The notes below the pieces were generated by a model. That model was not told where the DNA came from, did no database searches, and saw nothing but the letters and a program-made list of their open reading frames with translations. From the NCBI GenBank assembly GCA_039797805.1, contig JBDKHE010000127.1, positions 1 to 50,958 of the forward strand: DNA of 50,958 bases, read 5' to 3'. Of the stretch, positions 44,203 through 50,958 are shown one piece after another. Position 1 is the first letter of the stretch. Each line of letters begins with the position of its first letter. The position numbers and the translations under genes were made by a program. This DNA is from Verrucomicrobiota bacterium (GTDB taxonomy: Bacteria; Verrucomicrobiota; Verrucomicrobiia; Opitutales; Opitutaceae).

Positions 44203-45401
44203 TGCTGGCCCTCCTCGACAGATTCCGGGCGCCAGTCGTCTCCGTCCCGCAGCGGTTGGATGCCGGTGGCGATGCCACGCGCACGCTTGATGCGATCCTC
44301 CGGGCGGCGGCACGCGAGGGGGCGAGCGATGTCCACTGCGAGCCGAAGGAGGACGGGCTCGTCATCCGCTTCCGGCTCGACGGTGAAATGCGCGAGCACG
44401 CGCGACTGCCGCTCGCCCAGCGCGACGCGCTGATTGCACGCGGGAAAATCACCGGCGGCATGGACATCACCGAAAAACGCCTGCCCCAGGACGGCCGGGC
44501 GCTGCTTCAGGAGAAAGGCCGGCGGTTCCATCTGCGGATGAACACGGTGCCCACCGTGCACGGCGAGAGCCTGGTTGTGCGGCTCCTCGACCAGTCGATG
44601 CCGGCGCAGTCCTTCCCGCAGCTGGGCCTTTCGGCGGCGCAGGCGGCAGCGGTGCAAGGGGCGCTAACCGGGCCGGCCGGCCTCATCTTCCTCACCGGGC
44701 CGACCGGCTCGGGCAAGACCACGACCTTGCACGCGGCGCTCCACACCTTCGACCACGCTTCCCGGGTCATCCACACGCTCGAGGAACCGGTCGAATACGA
44801 GTTTCCCGGCATCCGGCAGACTGAGATCCGCGAAAAAGTCGGGCTCACCTTTGCCACGGCGTTGCGGGCGATGCTCCGGCAGAATCCGGATGTCATCCTC
44901 GTGGGCGAGACGCGGGACGCGGAGACCGCGCAGCTCGCGGTGCGCGCGGCGCTCACCGGGCACCTGGTGCTTTCGACGCTGCATACCAACGACGCGCTCG
45001 CGGCGATTCCGCGGCTGCGCGACCTGGGCGTGGAGACTTTTCTCTTGGCGGCAGGCTTGCGTCTGCTCGCGGCCCAGCGGCTCGTGCGTAAACTATGCGC
45101 GGAGTGCAAGGAGCCGCATCCCGAGAGCACCCGGCTCGCGGCGGAGCACACCGTGCCGGGAGCCCAATTCTTCCGCCCGGTCGGCTGCCCCGCCTGTCGC
45201 GGGCGCGGCTATCGTGGGCGGCTCGCCATCCACGAGGTCATTCCCGCGCAGAAATTTCTGCCGCTCATTGCCGCCAATGAGCCGCTCGCCGAACTGGCGG
45301 CCCTCCGCGACCGCGAGGGTCTGTGCACCCTCTGGCAGCACGGACTCGCGGCGGCCGGCGCCGGGCTGACCACCGTCGAAGAGGTCGCGCGCGTCCTCTG
45401 A
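44202..45401 (+). CDS. pilB: PilB/GspE-family assembly ATPase (short, lacks the N-terminal extension)
   Basis: ASDVHCEP, RLPQDGR, GPTGSGKTTTL, EEPVEY, LRQNPDVILVGETRD, TGHLVLSTLHTND, CAEC/CPAC, GYRGR. Confidence 0.95.
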   Translation: MLALLDRFRAPVVSVPQRLDAGGDATRTLDAILRAAAREGASDVHCEPKEDGLVIRFRLDGEMREHARLPLAQRDALIARGKITGGMDITEKRLPQDGRALLQEKGRRFHLRMNTVPTVHGESLVVRLLDQSMPAQSFPQLGLSAAQAAAVQGALTGPAGLIFLTGPTGSGKTTTLHAALHTFDHASRVIHTLEEPVEYEFPGIRQTEIREKVGLTFATALRAMLRQNPDVILVGETRDAETAQLAVRAALTGHLVLSTLHTNDALAAIPRLRDLGVETFLLAAGLRLLAAQRLVRKLCAECKEPHPESTRLAAEHTVPGAQFFRPVGCPACRGRGYRGRLAIHEVIPAQKFLPLIAANEPLAELAALRDREGLCTLWQHGLAAAGAGLTTVEEVARVL

Positions 45402-45427
45402 ATTTCAACCCCCAACCCATAACCCAA

Positions 45428-46180
45428 ATGAAAATGCATCGAAAGCATCCCCCGACGAAGGGCTTTTCCCTTCTCGAACTCATGTTCGTCCTCGCAATCC
45501 TCGCCGTGCTGGCCGCGCTGCTGCTGCCCAAGGGCCAGGACGCCTTGCGTGCCGCCCGCGTCCACCAGGTCGCGAGGGCAGCCGACACCCTGAAGACGGC
45601 ACTGGTGGACTTCATCAACATGCCGGGCGGCAACGGCAGCATCCCGCGCACCGAGGGGACCGGTATCCCGACCTCGGGAGCGGCACTCGGCGGAGCAACG
45701 GACACGGCCAAGGGCAACGGCGCCCGGCTCGACACCGTGCTGCTCACCGCCGGCAAGATGGAGCACCCGCTCAGTGTGCGAATGGGCACCCAGATCTACA
45801 CCTCGACCGGCACGGGCAACGAGATGACCTGGAGTCAGGCGGCGCAAGCGTTCGTCATGACGCCGGATGCAGCTCCGTTGCGAAACTGGACGGGAGCGAC
45901 GCGGATCGAGGCGCGATCGTCCAACCCGGCGCTGGCCCCCTCGGCGGCGCAGGGCGCCAACTTCCGGCTCGACGGGGTGACCAACCGACCGACGAACGTC
46001 ATCATCGCGTATCTGGTGATCGTCGGGGCGCCCGCCAATGACGCCTATGAACTCGCGCTGGCGATGAACGCTCCGCAACTCGCGCCCCTGCCGGGCGCCG
46101 CCTGTGACACTGGACTGGTCGCGTATGCCGCCCCCGTAAACGGAGTCACCGATGTCTATATTTTCCTCTCTGAAATCTGA
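45428..46180 (+). CDS. Prepilin-type pilin (candidate major pilin)
   Basis: Short basic leader, KG/FSLLELMFVLAILAVLAALLLP. Confidence 0.88.
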   Translation: MKMHRKHPPTKGFSLLELMFVLAILAVLAALLLPKGQDALRAARVHQVARAADTLKTALVDFINMPGGNGSIPRTEGTGIPTSGAALGGATDTAKGNGARLDTVLLTAGKMEHPLSVRMGTQIYTSTGTGNEMTWSQAAQAFVMTPDAAPLRNWTGATRIEARSSNPALAPSAAQGANFRLDGVTNRPTNVIIAYLVIVGAPANDAYELALAMNAPQLAPLPGAACDTGLVAYAAPVNGVTDVYIFLSEI

Positions 46181-47381
46181 CGCGGCCACGGTGCTCCTCT
46201 GGGGCGACCGGTGGTGGCTGCCCCGGCATCAGTTGCCGGTGCCGTTCACCGAGATGGGCCAGGCGGCGGCCCTGCTGGCGGCAGCCTGGCCAGGCCGGAC
46301 CAAGCGCCTGCGGATCATCTATCAGCCGGACGATTTCACGACCGTGTCAGCCACGTGCCCGAACGCCGGGCGGACGATGCTGGCGCTGGCGCTGACCGAG
46401 GAGTTTCCGGTGGTGACCCACCCGGGGCTGCTGTGGAGCCACGAGCCAATCCTCGCGGCCGGCGAATCGTTCAACACCCTGTTGCACCACGAGACGCGGC
46501 CGGCGCTCTTCGGCCTGGTCCACCAGTTGCAGGAGCACGGGTTCACCGTTGATTCCGTGTGGCCGCTGCCGACCTGGCTCAACGCGTTGCCACCGGACCT
46601 GTCGGATTCCGGGGCGATGACCTTGGTCGCTGTCAGCGCCGAACGTTTCTGTGTCTACCGTCATTCGCCGGAGGGTGTCCGCTCGGTGCAGACCGGCCAG
46701 GGATCGGGCGTCCTCGACCAGTTGGCCGGCGTTCTCCAGGCGATCTTCGCCAAGCATCCGGACGAGTTCGTCCTCTATGTGACAACGGACGACGGACTGA
46801 TTGACGCATTGAACCAGCGACTGCCGCTCATCGGTGAACGCGTGGTCGGGCATTTCTCAGTGTGGGAGGCGCTGGCGAAGCCAGCGCCGATTTCCAGCCG
46901 GCATCCGGCGCAATTGCTCCCGCCGGGCACGGCGCTCCTGCCGGCCAGAGTGGTCGCGACGGCGTGTGCCTTGATGCTGTTGGTCGGGCTGGCTCTGGCC
47001 GGTGACTATCTCCACCGCGAAATCGCTGTCCGCCGGACCGAAGCGGACCTTACCCGGGAAATTCCCGCGTTGCGCGCCGAGCTGACCATACGCCAGCAGG
47101 CGCAGACCGAACTCGTCAGGCTGCAAGCGGCGGCCGGCCGGCCAGTCCCGGTTCTCGGGCCGTGGCTTCGCGCCGTCGGGCAGGTGCCGGATGCCGTCAC
47201 GTTGACGGCACTCCGTGCCACCCGGGAGGAATTCACGATCACGGGCGGTCTCACCGCCGCCGGGGCACTCACCGAGGCGGCATGGAGTGACTGGCTCGGT
47301 CGGCTGGCCACCGACCATTGGCGGATCGACCCCGCCACTCTGCCGGTCGGCATCGTCCGTCTCACGGGACACCGCCGATGA
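46152..47381 (+). CDS. PilM/PilN(GspL)-like alignment protein (inferred)
   Basis: Cytoplasmic N-domain, single TM, coiled coil, VPDAVTLTAL......ITG (PilN-like); coupled to the pilin gene. Confidence 0.6.
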   Translation: MSIFSSLKSDAATVLLWGDRWWLPRHQLPVPFTEMGQAAALLAAAWPGRTKRLRIIYQPDDFTTVSATCPNAGRTMLALALTEEFPVVTHPGLLWSHEPILAAGESFNTLLHHETRPALFGLVHQLQEHGFTVDSVWPLPTWLNALPPDLSDSGAMTLVAVSAERFCVYRHSPEGVRSVQTGQGSGVLDQLAGVLQAIFAKHPDEFVLYVTTDDGLIDALNQRLPLIGERVVGHFSVWEALAKPAPISSRHPAQLLPPGTALLPARVVATACALMLLVGLALAGDYLHREIAVRRTEADLTREIPALRAELTIRQQAQTELVRLQAAAGRPVPVLGPWLRAVGQVPDAVTLTALRATREEFTITGGLTAAGALTEAAWSDWLGRLATDHWRIDPATLPVGIVRLTGHRR

Positions 47382-48094
47382 ATCCAACGCGTCCACCGAT
47401 TCCGACTCAAACTTGGGCGATGCTGCTGCTCGCCCTCGTGTGGTTGGGCGCTGTCCTCGGCGTCCGTCATTTTCGTCCCGTTGGTGTTCCCGCCGCCGCG
47501 GTCGTGGTCGCCGCGCTGCGCGCCGACCTCGCAACCCTACCGGCGGGCATCGAGCACCAATTGGCGGAATGGCACCAGGCGCATCCGACTGAGCCCAGCG
47601 GTGCATCCGCGCTTGGGCGGAGCGCGACGGTGCTCGGATTGCCGTGGGGCAACATTCCAGGCCCGGACGGGCGCTCCAATATATACAGCGCGGCCGAACC
47701 CACCGCACTCCGGTGGACCGACATCGTCGGCGCAGTCGAACGGCTGGAGAGCCAGCCCGGGCTCACCGTGCAGGGTATCCGGATCGAGACCGGTGGCAGC
47801 CGGACCCTGCGGCAGTTCAGTGCCGTCGAAATCACCGTCCAGGTCCTGCCGGAGGAGCGCCCATTGAACCCCGTCCGGCGCGCGGAGGAACCGCACGCCG
47901 GACCGGGTTCCGGGCGGGAGTCGGCCGGGCTGCGGGAGACCGGGTCCGGTCCGCTTGCCGCCGTCCGTCCGCCTCCGCCGCCCGCCATTCCGGCGGCCGG
48001 CTCCGTCTCCCGGACCGGCGCCGCGTCCGGCCCGGCCACCCTCGCTCCGGCCGCTGAGCGTTTCATCCCCGAACCCAAACCCAAAACCCACTGA
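47378..48094 (+). CDS. PilO/GspM-like bitopic protein with low-complexity C-tail
   Basis: N-terminal TM; W.DIV..VERLESQPGL.V..IRI ferredoxin-like pattern; the last ~75 codons overlap a structured DNA element. Confidence 0.55.
   Translation: MNPTRPPIPTQTWAMLLLALVWLGAVLGVRHFRPVGVPAAAVVVAALRADLATLPAGIEHQLAEWHQAHPTEPSGASALGRSATVLGLPWGNIPGPDGRSNIYSAAEPTALRWTDIVGAVERLESQPGLTVQGIRIETGGSRTLRQFSAVEITVQVLPEERPLNPVRRAEEPHAGPGSGRESAGLRETGSGPLAAVRPPPPPAIPAAGSVSRTGAASGPATLAPAAERFIPEPKPKTH
47866..48050. other. Highly structured multi-hairpin element (candidate ssDNA origin/promoter or ncRNA)
   Basis: 20-bp stem, 18/20 paired (47866-47885 / 47891-47910); GGCCGGGC 47923-47930 / GCCCGGCC 48030-48037; CGGGAGAC 47933-47940 / GTCTCCCG 48005-48012. 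Confidence 0.55.
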
Positions 48095-48098
48095 AACC

Positions 48099-48326
48099 AT
48101 GGTAATCCTCACCCTCCATATTCCCGAGCCCGTCGCCTCCGAATTCTTCGAGGCGGCGAAGGAAATCAACCAGACCTTCGGCGACCTGAAGCCGAAGATC
48201 GATGCGAAAACCCTGATGGTGTTCGCGCTTTCGCGCCACCAGCAGCGCGAGGTCTGCGCCCAGTTCGACCTGGCGCTGCGCGTGGTCAGCGGCAAGGAGC
48301 CGCGCCTGAACCCGCTGCTCGACTGA
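48099..48326 (+). CDS. Small RHH-like protein, possible paralog of 7694-8020
   Basis: MVILTLHIPEPVASEFFEAAKEI...TLMVFAL; start trimmed to ATG 48099. Confidence 0.7.
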   Translation: MVILTLHIPEPVASEFFEAAKEINQTFGDLKPKIDAKTLMVFALSRHQQREVCAQFDLALRVVSGKEPRLNPLLD

Positions 48327-48410
48327 CCCTTTTGGGCGGATTCCGCCCGGTGCCAAAAAGCCGTCCGGCCCGCACCCATCAAGCGGCCGGCGCAACAACA
48401 TCCAAACAAC

Positions 48411-48911
48411 ATGGCCCTCAAGCCCAAGAACCCCGACCAGGCACCCAGCAACGGTGCCCAACCTCCGGCGACTGCCCCCCAGCAGGCCGCCTCACCCAAG
48501 CCGGCAGCGGAATCCCCGATGGAATTCCGCTCGAATCCGCTCATCGAAAAGAACATCGCCGACTACAAGGCCGCGAACACCGAGACCGTGAAATACTTCA
48601 CGGAACTCGTGACGAAGCATCCCGACCGGGCCGTCAACTACCACTTCTACCGGGAGTGGCAGAAGCATGACCGCGACACCCGGGAGGCGGCCAAGCAGCT
48701 GCCGCAGGCGAAGTCGATCTACGACAAGATGACGCCGGACTCCCGGCAGCGGGTTGACGCGGTGCTCTCCGAGGTGAACCCCTACAACCATACGAAGCGT
48801 TTCGTCTCGGCCGTGTTCGGCGAGATGAACCGGCAGAACATGGCGGACAATCGCCGGACGCTGCGGCAGCCGGTGCCCGGCGCCGCGGCTCCGGCGATGT
48901 CAATGGGCTGA
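48411..48911 (+). CDS. Hypothetical protein (166 aa)
   Basis: Strong GC3 codon bias; ATG after an AC-rich leader. Confidence 0.8.
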   Translation: MALKPKNPDQAPSNGAQPPATAPQQAASPKPAAESPMEFRSNPLIEKNIADYKAANTETVKYFTELVTKHPDRAVNYHFYREWQKHDRDTREAAKQLPQAKSIYDKMTPDSRQRVDAVLSEVNPYNHTKRFVSAVFGEMNRQNMADNRRTLRQPVPGAAAPAMSMG

Positions 48912-48915
48912 CGCC

Positions 48916-49185
48916 ATGGCGGTCCATCCCGCCATCCGCCAGCACGTCGACGACTACCTGTCCAAGGCCGAATTCGCTCTCAATGTCGTGTCGCACACGG
49001 GGTGTGTCCAAAACACCCCGGCGCTCGACAATGTGAGAGCGGCCTTGGATCAGGTGGCGCGGGCGCGTGGGTGGGTGAAGGAGGGACTGCCCGTGCAGCC
49101 CGTCGTGATGAAGCCCTACCAACTCCCGCTCGGGAAAGGTTTGCCGCTGACTCGCCAGCAACGGCTCGGTCACCGCTGGCCATGA
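48916..49185 (+). CDS. Hypothetical protein (89 aa)
   Basis: Fills the gap between neighbours; ATGA coupling to the next gene. Confidence 0.65.
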   Translation: MAVHPAIRQHVDDYLSKAEFALNVVSHTGCVQNTPALDNVRAALDQVARARGWVKEGLPVQPVVMKPYQLPLGKGLPLTRQQRLGHRWP

Positions 49186-50216
49186 GCGTCGCCCCTTACA
49201 ACACCGACACTCCGTTCACCGCGGACGACGTGGCGCGATTCAATCGCTTCACGCATTTTCCGAAGGACCTCCAGAAGGAGAACGTCTCCTTCGCGGCGGA
49301 TTCGGCGCGCGAACGCGCGCAGGCGGAGACGACGCTCAAGGGCTATGGCAAATCGGAGATGCCCGATGATGTCAGCCGCGCGCTGGAACGCTTGCGCAAA
49401 GCCAGGTATCAAATCTTCACCGCGACGATCCGGAGCCGCGAACTGGCCCCGCCGTGGTCGGTGGTCGGGCCGGCAAGATACAGCGAACATGCGCGGCCGG
49501 AGCGCGCGCACCGGGTCATGGGCCGCGCGTTTGACGAATACAACGCGGCCAAGGCGACGCTGGCGCACCGGCTCCAGCGGCATGGGCCGCCGCTCACGAT
49601 CCGCTCCGACGATGCGACGGCCCTGGCCCAGCTCGAGGCGAAGATCGCCGCGGCCCAGAAGGCGCAGGAGCGGATGAAGGCGACGAACCGGATCATCCGC
49701 GATGCGAACACGGACGAGGCGTGGAAAATTGGACGGCTGGAAACCGAGTGCGGCATCAAGGAGGCGCACGCCCGGCAGCTGTTGAAACCCGACTTTGCGG
49801 GCCGGACGGGGTTCGCGGGCTTCGAGCTGACGAACAACGCGGCAAACATCCGGCGGATGGAGGACCGGGTGAAGGCGCTGGTCGCCGAATCGCACCGGGA
49901 ATCGGTGACGTTCCAGTTTTCGGGCGGGCGGGTCGAGGACCACGCGGCGGACTGCCGGGTGCGGATCTATCACGACGAAAAACCCGCGGCCGAGGTAATC
50001 ACGAAGCTCAAGGGCCACGGATTCCACTGGACGCCGTCGCTCGGCTGCTGGCAGCGGTTGCGGAACAATGCGGCCCGCCACGCGGCCACCGTGGTGACCG
50101 GCGTGAACTGGCCGAAGGCCGAGGCCCCGGAGATTGTCGCGGACGATGGGGTCGAACCCGCGCGGCTGAAATCAACAGTGACCGCTCCGGCTCCGCGGGC
50201 GGGAATAGCACCATGA
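49182..50216 (+). CDS. DUF3560-like / large-polyvalent-protein-associated domain protein
   Basis: VVGPARY, IRSDD..AL.QLEAKI......QERMKA.N.IIR, FELTNNAANIRR...R, RVRIYHDEKP.....KLK.HGFHWTPS.GCWQR; start trimmed to MSVAPYN. Confidence 0.75.
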   Translation: MSVAPYNTDTPFTADDVARFNRFTHFPKDLQKENVSFAADSARERAQAETTLKGYGKSEMPDDVSRALERLRKARYQIFTATIRSRELAPPWSVVGPARYSEHARPERAHRVMGRAFDEYNAAKATLAHRLQRHGPPLTIRSDDATALAQLEAKIAAAQKAQERMKATNRIIRDANTDEAWKIGRLETECGIKEAHARQLLKPDFAGRTGFAGFELTNNAANIRRMEDRVKALVAESHRESVTFQFSGGRVEDHAADCRVRIYHDEKPAAEVITKLKGHGFHWTPSLGCWQRLRNNAARHAATVVTGVNWPKAEAPEIVADDGVEPARLKSTVTAPAPRAGIAP

Positions 50217-50958
50217 GCGAGGAGCGGGTCAAAGAGGTGCTCACCGTGAGGGAGCGCCCCGTCGGGTGGGTCGAAGGCAAATGGGGTTCATCGCTGGTGG
50301 CGGTCGAACGGGGGAGTTTTCCCGTGAGCCAGACCGGCTACCGTTCCCTGTCCGGCCTGCGGGGCAAGCCGACGCCGGAATTCCTGGAGGCGCTGGCGAA
50401 GGAACGGGACCAGGAGCGAAAGGAAATACTCGCCCGCTCACGGGAGCCGGTGCGGCCGGAGGCCGAGTCCCTGCGCAACTTCATCCATGTGAATTCGACG
50501 GCCGAGAAGGCCTTCCATGACGGCTTCTTCGCCACGGATGCCGAGCGGGCAAAGCTCTGGTCCGCGGCGTTCAAACTGTTCTCGCTGATCGACACCGATG
50601 CCCGCTACCAGCCGACGCAGGATATTCGTTGGTCGCAGGACAGCTGCACCAGGGCCCTCGCCCGCACGCGCGAGACGTTGCAGTTTCTCAAGGTCTGCGC
50701 CTCCGGCGACTTCCCCAAGAAAATCCCGTTCAAGACGCCCTGGCTCCAGATTGTTCCCACCAGTTATTTCCAGCTCCCGCCAAAACCGGGCGGCGAACCC
50801 GTGGTGGCGCTGCCGGCCGTGACCGCCAGTCTGTCGATGGATCTCACTACCGCCGGGATGTCCCGGCCGGTTTCCCCGGTGAAGAGAAAGACCGAGGCTC
50901 CGCGCCCGGTGATTGTCCGGCAGGAGACCCAACTCGGGTTGTTTGGAGCCGAACCTGC
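50213..50958 (+). CDS. Hypothetical protein with PVSQTGYRS motif and a QLGLF sliding-clamp-type motif; runs off the right edge
   Basis: Not in the ORF track; manual translation is open from ATG 50213 to the window end; ATGA coupling. Confidence 0.75.
   Translation, partial: MSEERVKEVLTVRERPVGWVEGKWGSSLVAVERGSFPVSQTGYRSLSGLRGKPTPEFLEALAKERDQERKEILARSREPVRPEAESLRNFIHVNSTAEKAFHDGFFATDAERAKLWSAAFKLFSLIDTDARYQPTQDIRWSQDSCTRALARTRETLQFLKVCASGDFPKKIPFKTPWLQIVPTSYFQLPPKPGGEPVVALPAVTASLSMDLTTAGMSRPVSPVKRKTEAPRPVIVRQETQLGLFGAEP

Larger units (their letters stand above)
5342..50958. mobile_element. Integrative conjugative element (ICE) inserted at tRNA-Gln; far boundary beyond the window
   Basis: Large serine recombinase next to the tRNA 3' end, followed by MOBF relaxase, coupling protein, VirB4-type T4SS and pilus genes. 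The second att copy is not in the window, so continuity of one element is inferred. Confidence 0.85.

Noticed and set aside
39982-46180. Shufflon acting on the pilin/adhesin
   Set aside because: No Rci-like tyrosine recombinase, repeated sfx-like sites or alternative C-terminal cassettes seen
1-50958. CRISPR array, cas genes or reverse transcriptase
   Set aside because: No regularly spaced repeats or cas/RT motifs found by eye; short degenerate arrays could have been missed

Overview
GC-rich bacterial DNA, probably Verrucomicrobiota/Opitutaceae; this is inferred from the TonB-receptor N-terminus 'VVLSPFEV...GY.A.NS.SATR' and the CAZyme-rich context. 1-5042 is a host glycan-degradation cluster (GH2, GH140-like, secreted nucleoside-hydrolase-family protein, GH29). 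A tRNA-Gln(UUG) at 5268-5341 is followed by what looks like an integrative conjugative element (ICE) that runs off the right edge. In order it carries: a large serine recombinase with an XRE-controlled divergent switch; a cargo region (AraC, a decayed IS66 bracketed by a 23-bp inverted repeat, an ECF sigma/FecR/GH67/TonB-receptor/unknown secreted protein module, gene fragments); a MOBF relaxase-helicase, candidate oriT and coupling protein; an oppositely oriented operon (tandem ribbon-helix-helix (RHH) protein, ClpB-NBD2-only ATPase, Zn-ribbon/PIN-like protein); a VirB2-VirB10 T4SS operon running without a break into a type IV pilus/T2SS-like operon with an Ig/InlB-repeat adhesin; and finally a highly structured DNA element and small accessory genes. 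The most notable points are the fused T4SS plus short-leader pilus operon, the RHH-ATPase-PIN operon, a shared GTAAACGACAGC operator linking oriT and the tra promoter, and a shared 45-bp ECF promoter. All family assignments come from motif recognition by eye, not database searches.
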